This document shows, one piece after another, positions 8,732-17,217 of a stretch of DNA of 64,000 nucleotides (within the stretch, counting starts at the first letter, position 1; each line of letters opens with the position of its first letter). A model generated the notes under the pieces. The model ran no database searches. It had not been told where the DNA came from and worked only from the letters and a program-made list of their open reading frames with translations. A program made the translations under genes and the position numbers. Source of the stretch: an uncultured Nocardioides sp. (lineage in GTDB: Bacteria > Actinomycetota > Actinomycetes > Propionibacteriales > Nocardioidaceae); the NCBI RefSeq assembly GCF_937982615.1, contig NZ_CALJLL010000190.1; one strand, 5' to 3'.

Positions 8732-8769
8732 CCCGAGCGTCGAGGTCAAGAGGCAGGAAGGAGCGACCG

Positions 8770-9543
8770 ATGGCTGCCAGTGGCACCCAGGCCGTGGATC
8801 GCGCCGCGCTGCTCATCTCGACGGTCGTGACGGCCACCGAGCCGCTCAGCTTCGCCGACCTCCAGGAGGCCTGCGACCTGCCCAAGTCCACCACCTCGCG
8901 GATGCTCACCGCACTCGAGCGCTCGGAGTTGCTGGAGCGCACCGACGACGGCAGCTACGTCGCGGGCGGCCTCTTCTGGCTGTACGCCGCGCGGCACGAC
9001 CCGGGCGAGGACCTGGTCCGGCTGGCGCGGCAGACCCTGGCCGCCATCAGCGAGGAGACCCACGAGACGGTCAACCTCAGCATCGCCCGCGGCGACCGGG
9101 TCGTGCAGGTGGCACAGGTCGACTCGCAGTTCCTGCTCGGCACCCGCGACTGGACGCAGGTCGACGTCCCGGTGCACTGCAACTCGTTGGGCAAGGTGTT
9201 CTTGGCCTGGGAGGTGCTCCCGCTGACCGACGGTCCACTGGAGCAGCCGACCGACGCCACGATCACCGACCGCGACGCACTCGCCGCGGACTTCAAGCGC
9301 AGCCGCCGCCGCGGCTGGGCGACCACCGTCGACGAGCTCGAGGTCGGGCTCGCCGGCGTCGCCGTACCCGTCCTCGGCACCCGCGGCCAAGTGGTCGCCG
9401 CCCTGGGCGTCTCGGGACCCACCACCAGACTCGAGGACCGGTTCGACGAGCTCGGCCGGCTGTTGAGGAACCACGCGACGGAGCTGACTTCCCGGCTCCG
9501 CGGCACGACAGCTTCACCGATCACGAAAGAGGGCGCAGCATGA
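8770..9543 (+). CDS. IclR-family transcriptional regulator
   Basis: Track ORF 8632..9543, trimmed to MAASGTQAVDRAA (AGGAAGGAG upstream). The wHTH reads LSFADLQEACDLPKSTTSRMLTALE, and an IclR effector domain follows. Confidence 0.85.
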   Translation: MAASGTQAVDRAALLISTVVTATEPLSFADLQEACDLPKSTTSRMLTALERSELLERTDDGSYVAGGLFWLYAARHDPGEDLVRLARQTLAAISEETHETVNLSIARGDRVVQVAQVDSQFLLGTRDWTQVDVPVHCNSLGKVFLAWEVLPLTDGPLEQPTDATITDRDALAADFKRSRRRGWATTVDELEVGLAGVAVPVLGTRGQVVAALGVSGPTTRLEDRFDELGRLLRNHATELTSRLRGTTASPITKEGAA

Positions 9544-10208
9544 GCAGTCCCGAGGAGATCCTGCAGGGCCTCTACGACGAGACGCTGGTCGGCAATGCGC
9601 CCCGCGTCCTGGAGCTGACCGAGGAGGGACTCATGCTCGGCATGGAGCCGCAGACGCTGCTCTTCGACGCCCTCATCCCGTCGCTGGAGGAGGTCGGCGC
9701 ACGGTTCGAGCGCGGTGACTTCTTCGTGCCCGAGATGCTGATCGCCGGCCGCGCGATGGCCGGCGCCATGGAGCGGCTGCGCCCGCTGCTCGCCGAGACC
9801 GGCGTCGAGACGGTCGGCAAGTTCCTCATGGGGACGGTCAAGGGCGATGTCCACGACATCGGCAAGAACCTCGTCAACATCATGCTCGAGGGCGCCGGCT
9901 TCGAGGTCATCGACCTCGGCGTCCAGGTCGCCCCCGAGAAGTTCGTCTCGGCCATCGAGGAGCACCAGCCCGACATCGTCGGGTTCTCGGCGTTCCTCAC
10001 CACCACGATGCCGATGTTCAAGGCCAACATGAACGCCCTGGAGAAGGCCGGCATCCGCGAGCAGGTCATCGTCATGGTCGGCGGCGCCCCGGTCACCCAG
10101 GAGTACGCCGACGCGGTCGGCGCCGACGGGTACGCCGCCGACGCATCGGCGACGGTCAAGCGGGCCAAGGATCTGCTCAACCAGAAGCGCGCGAAGGTGC
10201 CTGCCTGA
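9540..10208 (+). CDS. Corrinoid (B12)-binding protein of a methyltransferase system
   Basis: This is the last 222 aa of track ORF 8688..10208. It carries the cobalamin-binding motifs GDVHDIGKN (DxHxxG), FSAFLTTT and MVGGAP. An ATGA overlap joins it to the iclR stop. Confidence 0.85.
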   Translation: MSSPEEILQGLYDETLVGNAPRVLELTEEGLMLGMEPQTLLFDALIPSLEEVGARFERGDFFVPEMLIAGRAMAGAMERLRPLLAETGVETVGKFLMGTVKGDVHDIGKNLVNIMLEGAGFEVIDLGVQVAPEKFVSAIEEHQPDIVGFSAFLTTTMPMFKANMNALEKAGIREQVIVMVGGAPVTQEYADAVGADGYAADASATVKRAKDLLNQKRAKVPA

Positions 10209-11089
10209 TGGCGTACGAAGGCGAGCCTCTGCACACCGTCCTCCGCTCACCGAGCAAGGAGGTGGTGATCGGCCACGACCAGCGCTTCTGCCTGATCGGC
10301 GAGCGGATCAACCCGACCGGCCGGCGGATCTTCCAGGAGCAGCTGCGCGCCGGCGACCTGTCCGCGATCGAGCGCGACGTGAAGGCTCAGGTCGAGGGTG
10401 GCGCCGACGTACTCGACGTCAACATGGGCGTGCCACTCACCGACGAGCCCGAGTTGCTGGCCAAGGCGATCCAGCTGGTGCAGTCGCTGACCGACCTGCC
10501 GATCTGCATCGACTCCTCCGTGGTCGAGGCGCTCGAGGCCGGGCTCTCGGTCTACCAGGGCCGGGCGCTGGTCAACTCGATCACCGCCGAGGACGACCGG
10601 ATGGAGGCGATCCTCCCGCTGGTCAAGAAGTACGACGCCGCGATCATCGCGCTGCCCAACGACCACGACGAGATCCCGATGGAGGCCGACAAGCGGCTGG
10701 TGCTGACCGAGAAGATCATCCGGGTCGCGACCGAGGAGTACGGCATCGCCAAGGCCGACATCGTGATCGACCCGCTGGCCATGCCGATCGGGGCCGACAC
10801 CTCGACCGCGCTGGTCACGATGGAGACGATGCGCCGGATCCGCGACGACTTCGGCGTCAACATGACCTGCGGTGCCTCCAACACCTCCTTCGGCATGCCC
10901 GACCGGCACACCCTCGGCGCCGCCTGGCTGCCGATGGCGATGACCCAGGGGCTGACCTGCGCGATCATGGACGCCCGCACGCCCCAGATCGTCGACGCCG
11001 TGAAGGCCGCCGACGTCTTCATGAACCACGACGACTGGGGCATGGCCTGGATCTCCGCCCACCGCGCCAAGGCGGCCGCCACGGCATGA
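10208..11089 (+). CDS. Methyl-corrinoid:tetrahydrofolate methyltransferase (pterin-binding domain, MetH/MtrH/AcsE-like)
   Basis: Track ORF of 293 aa. LIGERINPTGRR and GADVLDVNMG are typical of the pterin-binding barrel. The start overlaps the preceding stop (TGATG). Confidence 0.8.
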   Translation: MAYEGEPLHTVLRSPSKEVVIGHDQRFCLIGERINPTGRRIFQEQLRAGDLSAIERDVKAQVEGGADVLDVNMGVPLTDEPELLAKAIQLVQSLTDLPICIDSSVVEALEAGLSVYQGRALVNSITAEDDRMEAILPLVKKYDAAIIALPNDHDEIPMEADKRLVLTEKIIRVATEEYGIAKADIVIDPLAMPIGADTSTALVTMETMRRIRDDFGVNMTCGASNTSFGMPDRHTLGAAWLPMAMTQGLTCAIMDARTPQIVDAVKAADVFMNHDDWGMAWISAHRAKAAATA

Positions 11090-11102
11090 GCGCCGGACAG
11101 CT

Positions 11103-13067
11103 GTGACCGACGAGCCGATCGGAGACTTCGACCCCGAGGCCCTGCGACGCGAGGGCCTGGTCACCCCGCCCGGGGGTGGCGACGCCCAACCGCACGACGG
11201 GACCGGCCGGGTCGAACTCTCCTTCACCGTCGAGGACCCCGACCCGGCGCGCACCGCGCAGCGCCAGGTCCGGGTGCCCCCGGGGGTGACCGTCTTCGAC
11301 TCCGCGTCGTGGAACGGCATCGCGATCGACTCCACCTGCGGCGGCCACGGCACCTGTCACAAGTGCAAGGTCCAGCTCAACCGCAGCGAGCCGGTGACCC
11401 GGCACGACGAGAAGACGTTCAGCAAGGACCAGCTCGACGGCGGCTGGCGGCTGGCCTGCCTGGTCAAGGCGACCCGCGACCTCTCCGTCGTCGTACCCCC
11501 ACTCACCACCCGACCCAAGGCAGCGACCGTCGGCGTCGGTCGGCAGGTGATCCTGCGGCCCGCCGTACAGAAGCGGTACGTCGAACTGACCGAGCCCACG
11601 CTCGAGGATCAGACGACCGACATCGACCGGCTGCTCGCCGCGATCACCGACCTCGAGCCCCGAGCCGACCTGCACGTGTTGCGACGGCTGCCCACGGTCC
11701 TGCGCGCGGCCGACTTCAAGGTCACCGCGGTGATCGTCGACGAGGAGCTGATCGACGTCGAGCCGGGTGACACCACCGACCGGCGCTACGCGATCGCCTT
11801 CGACCTCGGCACCACCACGGTCGTGGCCACCCTGCTCGACCTGGTCACCGGTACGCCGGTCGCGGTCGCCTCGATGCTCAACCGGCAGCAGCCGTTCGGT
11901 GGCGACGTGATCAGCCGGATCAGCGCGACGATGCTCGACCCCGAAGCGCTGGAGCGGCTCCGGACCGCGGCCTGCGAGACGCTGGCGCAGCTGGCCGCCC
12001 AGGTCTGCGTCGAGGGTGGCGTGGACCCCACGCACGTCTACGAGGCCGCGATCGCCGGCAACGCGACGATGACCGCGCTGGCCCTCGGCATCGATCCCGA
12101 GCCGCTCGGGGTCGCGCCGTTCGTGATGTCCACCGCGCTGCCGCCCGCCGTACTCGCCGAAGAGCTGTCGCTCGGGCTGCACCCACGCGCCCGCGCGGTC
12201 TTCTTCCCGGCGCTCGGCGCCTACGTCGGCGGCGACATCGTCGCCGGGATGCTCGCCTCGGGGATGGACCGCGACAAGCGCACCCGGCTCTTCATCGACG
12301 TCGGCACCAACTGCGAGATCGTGCTCAGCGACGGCGACACGATCCTCTCGACCGCCGCACCCGCCGGGCCGGCGTTCGAGGGTGGTGCGATCCGCTGCGG
12401 CATGCGAGCGGCGGACGGCGCCATCGAGGTCATCAAGCTGACCGGCGACGGGCCGGCGGAGTCGGCCGTCGAGCTCGGCGTGATCGGCGACGTCGAGCCG
12501 AAGGGGCTGTGCGGCTCAGGGCTCGTCGATGCGGTGGCCGAGCTGGTGAAGGTCGGGCTGCTCGACGGCAGCGGACGGTTCGTGCCCGAGGACGTCGCCA
12601 AGGAGCTGGCGCCGTCTCTGGCCGACCGGTTGACCATGATCGGTCAGGAGCGGGTGTTCGTGCTGCACCGGCCGACCATCGACGCCGACCCGGCCGAGTG
12701 TGTGGTGCTCTCGCAGCGCGACGTCCGTGAGCTGCAGTTCGCGAAGGCCGCGATCTCGACCGGGTGGACGCTGCTCCTCGAGCAGCTCGGGCTCGAGCAC
12801 CGCGACGTGCAGCAGGTGCTGCTGGCGGGCTCGTTCGGCAGCTACCTCTCGGCCGCCTCGGCCGTCCGCATCGGGCTGGTCCCGCAACTGCCGGTGCTGC
12901 GCATCGTCGCGGCCGGCAACGTCGCCGGCGAGGGCGCCAAGATGGCGCTGCTGTCGATCCGCGAGCGGGCGGGCGCCCAGGCGCTGCTGGAGGAGGTGAC
13001 CTATGTCGAGCTCTCCGACCGCCCCGAGTTCAACGACCGGTTCGTCGAGCAACTCGCCTTCAGCTGA
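11103..13067 (+). CDS. Reductive activator of corrinoid enzymes (RamA/RACE-like: 2Fe-2S ferredoxin + ASKHA ATPase, DUF4445)
   Basis: Track ORF of 654 aa with a GTG start. The N-terminal ferredoxin cluster reads CGGHGTCHKCKV. The ASKHA-like motifs DLGTTT and DVGTNCE follow. Confidence 0.75.
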   Translation: MTDEPIGDFDPEALRREGLVTPPGGGDAQPHDGTGRVELSFTVEDPDPARTAQRQVRVPPGVTVFDSASWNGIAIDSTCGGHGTCHKCKVQLNRSEPVTRHDEKTFSKDQLDGGWRLACLVKATRDLSVVVPPLTTRPKAATVGVGRQVILRPAVQKRYVELTEPTLEDQTTDIDRLLAAITDLEPRADLHVLRRLPTVLRAADFKVTAVIVDEELIDVEPGDTTDRRYAIAFDLGTTTVVATLLDLVTGTPVAVASMLNRQQPFGGDVISRISATMLDPEALERLRTAACETLAQLAAQVCVEGGVDPTHVYEAAIAGNATMTALALGIDPEPLGVAPFVMSTALPPAVLAEELSLGLHPRARAVFFPALGAYVGGDIVAGMLASGMDRDKRTRLFIDVGTNCEIVLSDGDTILSTAAPAGPAFEGGAIRCGMRAADGAIEVIKLTGDGPAESAVELGVIGDVEPKGLCGSGLVDAVAELVKVGLLDGSGRFVPEDVAKELAPSLADRLTMIGQERVFVLHRPTIDADPAECVVLSQRDVRELQFAKAAISTGWTLLLEQLGLEHRDVQQVLLAGSFGSYLSAASAVRIGLVPQLPVLRIVAAGNVAGEGAKMALLSIRERAGAQALLEEVTYVELSDRPEFNDRFVEQLAFS

Positions 13068-13659
13068 GGCTCGTACGGCGGTCATCGCGTGCGGCGCGAT
13101 CGCCCAGCCGGTGGCCGACGTGGTCGCGCGCCGCGGCTGGCCGGTCGCCGTACACCCGCTGCCGCCACTGCTCCACAACCAGCCGCAGCTGATCGCCGGC
13201 GAGGTCCGCACGCTCGCGGTCGAGCTGTCCGCGACGTACGACGTGGTCGCCGTGGCCTACGCCGACTGCGGCACCTACGGCGCGCTCGACACGGTCTGCG
13301 ACGAGCTCGGGCTGCGCCGGCTCCCGGGACTGCACTGCTACGACCTGTTCGCGGGTGAGTCGCGGCTGGCGTCGTTCCTCGACGAGCAGCCCGGGACCTA
13401 CCTGTTCACCGACTTCCTGGTCCGTTCCTTCGAGCGGACCGTCGTCCGCGAACTCGGCCTCGACCGCTACCCCGAGCTGGCCGAGGACTACTTCCGCCAC
13501 TACACGCGCGTGGTCTGGCTCGCCCAGGAACCCACCCCCGACCTCCGGGCCCGCGCCGAGGCCGCTGCCGCCCGGATGGGCCTGCCGCTCACCGTTGTCG
13601 AGACCGGCGACGTCAAGCTGGAGGTCGCGCTCGAGGAGTTGCTTGCCCTGGCGCGCTAG
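13003..13659 (+). CDS. DUF1638 domain protein (unknown function, typically linked to corrinoid methyltransferase clusters)
   Basis: Track ORF of 218 aa containing VIACGAIAQP, YADCGTYG and GLHCYDLF. The only canonical in-frame start is ATG 13003, which overlaps the activator gene by 65 nt. Confidence 0.65.
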   Translation: MSSSPTAPSSTTGSSSNSPSAEARTAVIACGAIAQPVADVVARRGWPVAVHPLPPLLHNQPQLIAGEVRTLAVELSATYDVVAVAYADCGTYGALDTVCDELGLRRLPGLHCYDLFAGESRLASFLDEQPGTYLFTDFLVRSFERTVVRELGLDRYPELAEDYFRHYTRVVWLAQEPTPDLRARAEAAAARMGLPLTVVETGDVKLEVALEELLALAR

Positions 13660-13662
13660 CCG

Positions 13663-13754
13663 CGAGTTTCGTCGGTCGACCGACGAAACTCGTGCTTGGA
13701 CGACGCAGTTGTGTCGTCCAAGGTCGAGTTTTGTCGGCTGGCCGACGAAACTCG
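13663..13754. terminator. Array of three consecutive hairpins/palindromes between convergent genes
   Basis: 13663-13692 is a perfect 30-bp palindrome, cgagtttcgtcggtcgaccgacgaaactcg. 13695-13722 forms a 10-bp stem with an 8-nt loop. 13725-13754 is a near-copy of the first element (14-bp arms, one G.U position). The array lies between the DUF1638 stop (13659) and the metF stop (13772). Confidence 0.7.
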
Positions 13755-13771
13755 CCGCCACCGGGCGCAGG

Positions 13772-14632
13772 TCAGGCCTTGGCGGTCAACTGGTCGAGCA
13801 GGTCGCGACGCCAGGCGACGGTAGCGGCGACCTGGTTGAAGGTGAAGACGTGCAGGCCTTCGACGAACATCTCGGCAGGGGCGAGGGAGGGAGCGACCTT
13901 CTCGAGGAACTTCTCGCCGGTGAACCCGCCCGGCGCAGCCAGTCGGGCGAAGGTGCCCTTGTGCTTGGCCAGGAACCGGGTCGACTCACCCACGCCGATC
14001 TTGGTGGCCATCGAGAGCAACTTGGTGCGGTCGACCGGTCCGGGGATGCCGAGGAGCAACGGCATCGTGATGCCGCGCTTGCGCATCCGGCCCACCCAGG
14101 TGGTGAGGACCTCGGGGTCGAAGGTCAGGTTGCTCACCACGTGAGTGGCGTACCGACGCTTGTCCCACATCGACTGGATGGTGAGGTCGTCGCTGATTGT
14201 CGGGTGCGACTCGGGGTAGCCGGTGATGCCGATGTGGCCGAACGGGCTGCCGATCGCCTTCAACTCCTCGAGCAGCGACAGCGCGTCGGGGTAGTCGCCC
14301 GGCGGGTCCGCGTCGCCGCCGGGCACGAAGATCCGGTCGATGCCCTGACTGGTCAGCCGCGCGCAGATCTCCTCCAACTCGATCCGGTCGCGCACCATCC
14401 GCGCGGCGAGGTGGGGTACGGCGGTGTAGCCGTGCTTGGTGAGCCGCTCGGTCAGGTCGAGCGTCGCCTCGAGACCCTTGCCGGGCGACGCGGTGACGGT
14501 GACGGCTTCGGCGCGATCGACATGCTCCAGGACCTGGTCCTCGATCGACGCGGTGGGCAGCACCTCGTAGCGCGTCTGCGAGAGCAGCCGCACCATCGTC
14601 GCGGCGGCCGATGCCTTGGTCTTGTTGCGCAT
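13772..14632 (-). CDS. metF: 5,10-methylenetetrahydrofolate reductase
   Basis: Track ORF 13772..14941, trimmed to MRNKTKASAAATMVRLL. The sequence YEVLPTASIEDQV...VTASPGKG...VPHLAARM...PGGDADPPG matches the MetF family. Confidence 0.85.
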   Translation of the reverse strand: MRNKTKASAAATMVRLLSQTRYEVLPTASIEDQVLEHVDRAEAVTVTASPGKGLEATLDLTERLTKHGYTAVPHLAARMVRDRIELEEICARLTSQGIDRIFVPGGDADPPGDYPDALSLLEELKAIGSPFGHIGITGYPESHPTISDDLTIQSMWDKRRYATHVVSNLTFDPEVLTTWVGRMRKRGITMPLLLGIPGPVDRTKLLSMATKIGVGESTRFLAKHKGTFARLAAPGGFTGEKFLEKVAPSLAPAEMFVEGLHVFTFNQVAATVAWRRDLLDQLTAKA

Positions 14633-14672
14633 GGTGCACCTTGTTTCGTATTGCGCACGGGGTGCGGCCAGC

Positions 14673-16115
14673 CTAGTCCGGGCCGCGCGTCCCGTCGATA
14701 GTCTGCGCCGACGCAGCCGCGACCGCCACCTCCGGGCGGCGGATGGCAATCCAGGAGATCCCCGCGCCCACGACCAACAGCCCCGCGCAGATCGCCATCG
14801 CCGAGTTGAAGGCGGTGTCGAAGACGCCCGGGTCGGCGTACTCCGCGCCACCGAGCCCGACGACCACCGGCAGCGCCGCCACCGCCAGCAGGGATCCCGC
14901 GCGCGCGACCGCGTTGTTGACGCCGCTGGCGATCCCGGCATGCTCCTCGGGTGCAGCTGCCAGCACGGTCGCGGTCAGCGGCGCGATCATCGTCGTGAGG
15001 CCGAGTCCGAAGACCACCATCGCGGGCAGTACGTCGGCGACGTAGTTCACCTCCGCGTCAATGCGGCGCATCAGCAGCACGCCCACCGCCATGATCAGCG
15101 GTCCGACGGTCATCGGCACCCGGGGCCCGATCCGTACTCCGAGGCGCCCGGACCTCGTGCCGAGCGACAGCATGATCAGGGTCATCGGCACGAACGCCGC
15201 GCCGGCCGCCAGCGCGCCGTACCCGCTGACCGTCTGCAGTTGGATCGTGGTGAAGAAGCTGACCGCACCCAGCGCGCCGTACACGAGCAGGGTCATGCCG
15301 TTGGCAGCGCTGAAGGTCCGGCTGCGGAAGATCCCGAGAGCCAGGAGCGGCTCGCGCTCACGCGACTCGACCACCAGGAAGCCGGCCGCCGACACCACGC
15401 CGACCACGACCGCGAGCCAGGCGGCGGTGCCGCCCCATTCGATGAGCGCGTACGTCGTGCCACCGAGCGCGAGCGCGGCGAGGACGGCACCGGCGAGGTC
15501 GAAGTGCGAGGACGCGTGCGGGTCGCGCGTCTCCGGCACCCACCGCATCGCGATCACGACAGTGACCGCGACCAGCGGCGGGTTGATGAGGAAGATCCAC
15601 CGCCAGTCGGCGTACTGCACGAGGCCGCCACCGAGGAACGGCCCGATCGCTCCCGCGACCGAGGCCAGCCCCGCCCAGGCCCCGATCGCCGGCGCGCGGT
15701 CCTCGGCCCGGAACGCGCCCTGGATCATCGCGAGGCTGCCGGGCGTGAGCAGGGCGCCCCCCACGCCCTGGAGCATCCGGGCGGCGATGAGCACCTCCGG
15801 GTTCGGCGCGAGACCGCAGAGGAGGGAAGCCGCGGCGAACCAGATCGAGCCGATCACGAACACCCGCCGCCGGCCGAACCGGTCGCCCAGCGAGCCGCCG
15901 AGCAGGATCAGGCTGGCCAGGGTGAGCAGGTAGCCGTTGGTGATCCACTGCAGTTGGGCCAGGCTCGCGTCGAGATCCTCACCGATGGTCCGCAGCGCAA
16001 CGTTGACCACAGTGCCGTCGAGGAAGGCGATCCCCGACCCGAGCGCGGCGGCGGCGATGACCGCCCGGCCGGTCGAGGTGCCCATCCGCACCGCTGCCGG
16101 CGCCGAATCCACCAC
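14673..16115 (-). CDS. MFS transporter, DHA2 (14-TMS, EmrB/QacA-like)
   Basis: Track ORF of 480 aa with LDGTVVNVALRTIGEDL and GGSLGDRFGRRRVF. The start may instead be at MGTSTG (16085). Confidence 0.85.
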   Translation of the reverse strand: MVDSAPAAVRMGTSTGRAVIAAAALGSGIAFLDGTVVNVALRTIGEDLDASLAQLQWITNGYLLTLASLILLGGSLGDRFGRRRVFVIGSIWFAAASLLCGLAPNPEVLIAARMLQGVGGALLTPGSLAMIQGAFRAEDRAPAIGAWAGLASVAGAIGPFLGGGLVQYADWRWIFLINPPLVAVTVVIAMRWVPETRDPHASSHFDLAGAVLAALALGGTTYALIEWGGTAAWLAVVVGVVSAAGFLVVESREREPLLALGIFRSRTFSAANGMTLLVYGALGAVSFFTTIQLQTVSGYGALAAGAAFVPMTLIMLSLGTRSGRLGVRIGPRVPMTVGPLIMAVGVLLMRRIDAEVNYVADVLPAMVVFGLGLTTMIAPLTATVLAAAPEEHAGIASGVNNAVARAGSLLAVAALPVVVGLGGAEYADPGVFDTAFNSAMAICAGLLVVGAGISWIAIRRPEVAVAAASAQTIDGTRGPD

Positions 16116-16139
16116 GTTGAGAAAGGTAACCTTCTGCCG

Positions 16140-17018
16140 ATGTCCCGTGCCTATGCCCCGTCAGCCGAACTTCGGCTGACCGAGCACGTCGCCAAGCTGG
16201 CCGACGAGCACCCGCCCATCGAGCTCGACTCGGTCGACTTCAGCGTCGTCCGGCCACATGAGTTCGAGGCGCGGTTCGGCCACGTGCTCGACTACATGGC
16301 CCGCGTCGAGCTCGAGGTCGACCGCAACGTGCTCGAGCTCACCACGCTGCTCCCCGACCCGCCCGAGATCGACCGGCACTTCTACACCATCTGGCAGCGC
16401 CAGGAGATCCACCACGGGCTGATCCTCGACCGACTCCAGGTCGAACTCGGGCGCGGGGCCGCCGACGCGGACCTCGACTCGATCGGCGCCAAGCTCAAGG
16501 TCCTCGGCGCCCTCGCGCACCTCGGCCCGTTCCAAGACGTGTGCCGGATGCTCTACTACCTCACCGGCATGGCCACCGAGCGCTCCGCCGTCCTCGCCTA
16601 CAACCTGCTCCACCGCGGCACCATCGAGATGGGCGAGACAGCCATCGCCAACACCGTGATCGGCCCGATCAAGCGCCAGGAGCCCGGCCACTTCGCCTTC
16701 TACCAACTCTCCGCGCGCAGCCTGTGGGCCGAGCTAGCCGGGTGGCAGCGCTGGCTGGTGCGGCTGATGCGCCGGATGTCGTTCGCCCCCGTGGGCGCCA
16801 ACAACTCCCGGCAGAAGGCCGACTTCGGCGACGTGATGGCCACCCTCGGCATCTCCGAGGACCTCGACGACTTCGCCGACCAGATCTCTCGGGTCGAGAC
16901 CGAACTGCTCTGGGCCCGCGACCGCGGCCTCAAGGTCCCCGACTACGTCGCCCGCGCTTTCCGCGAGGCTGTCGAACTGGCGCGCGAGCGGGCGCACCTG
17001 CCGCACCTCCATCGCTGA
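16140..17018 (+). CDS. Ferritin-like di-iron carboxylate protein (hypothetical oxygenase/desaturase-like)
   Basis: This is the last 292 aa of track ORF 14616..17018, beginning MSRAYAPSAEL. Spaced E / ExxH motifs are present: VELEV, QRQEIHH, ATERS, RQEPGHF. The family is not identifiable by eye. Confidence 0.55.
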   Translation: MSRAYAPSAELRLTEHVAKLADEHPPIELDSVDFSVVRPHEFEARFGHVLDYMARVELEVDRNVLELTTLLPDPPEIDRHFYTIWQRQEIHHGLILDRLQVELGRGAADADLDSIGAKLKVLGALAHLGPFQDVCRMLYYLTGMATERSAVLAYNLLHRGTIEMGETAIANTVIGPIKRQEPGHFAFYQLSARSLWAELAGWQRWLVRLMRRMSFAPVGANNSRQKADFGDVMATLGISEDLDDFADQISRVETELLWARDRGLKVPDYVARAFREAVELARERAHLPHLHR

Positions 17019-17050
17019 CAGCTCGCGTCCCACCCGCCACACGAGCACTT

Positions 17051-17118
17051 GTAACTGAGTGTCCGTGCATCTACCCGTGTGCTCTAGCGCCCCAGGAGAT
17101 GCACGGACACTCAGTTAC
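17051..17118. terminator. Perfect 22-bp inverted repeat with a 24-nt loop
   Basis: The arms are gtaactgagtgtccgtgcatct (17051-17072) and agatgcacggacactcagttac (17097-17118). The repeat lies 33 nt after the di-iron gene stop and 100 nt before alkB. It is either a terminator or a protein-binding site. Confidence 0.6.
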
Positions 17119-17175
17119 AAGCGGCCGGCGACCCTTGCCACCACGCTTTACATTCTCTAGGGTTCTGTAAAGGCA

Positions 17176-17202
17176 CTTGACAGACACGGGTGATTTGTCA
17201 AG
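17176..17202 (+). promoter_or_regulatory. Candidate alkB promoter/operator: 7-bp inverted repeat CTTGACA-N13-TGTCAAG containing a consensus TTGACA
   Basis: The sequence is cttgacagacacgggtgatttgtcaag, 16-42 nt upstream of the alkB ATG. A GAGGGG RBS follows. Confidence 0.3.
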
Positions 17203-17217
17203 CAGAGGGGTGAAGAC

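Noticed and set aside
8619-8769. A cobalamin riboswitch controlling the corrinoid cluster
   Set aside because: I could not recognise a B12-box-like core or the extended conserved stems in this region or in any other intergenic region of the island. The region is short and dominated by the 13-bp repeats. A covariance-model scan would be needed to exclude one formally.
8688-10208. A 506-aa ORF starting inside the repeat region
   Set aside because: Its N-terminal 284 aa are an out-of-frame read through the IclR gene. Only the C-terminal 222 aa (9540-10208) form the B12-binding protein.
14616-17018. An 800-aa plus-strand ORF spanning the MFS gene region
   Set aside because: The first ~508 aa are Arg/Gly/Pro/His-rich nonsense lying antisense to a well-formed MFS transporter. 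This is a typical GC-rich shadow frame. Only the last 292 aa (16140-17018) look like a real protein.
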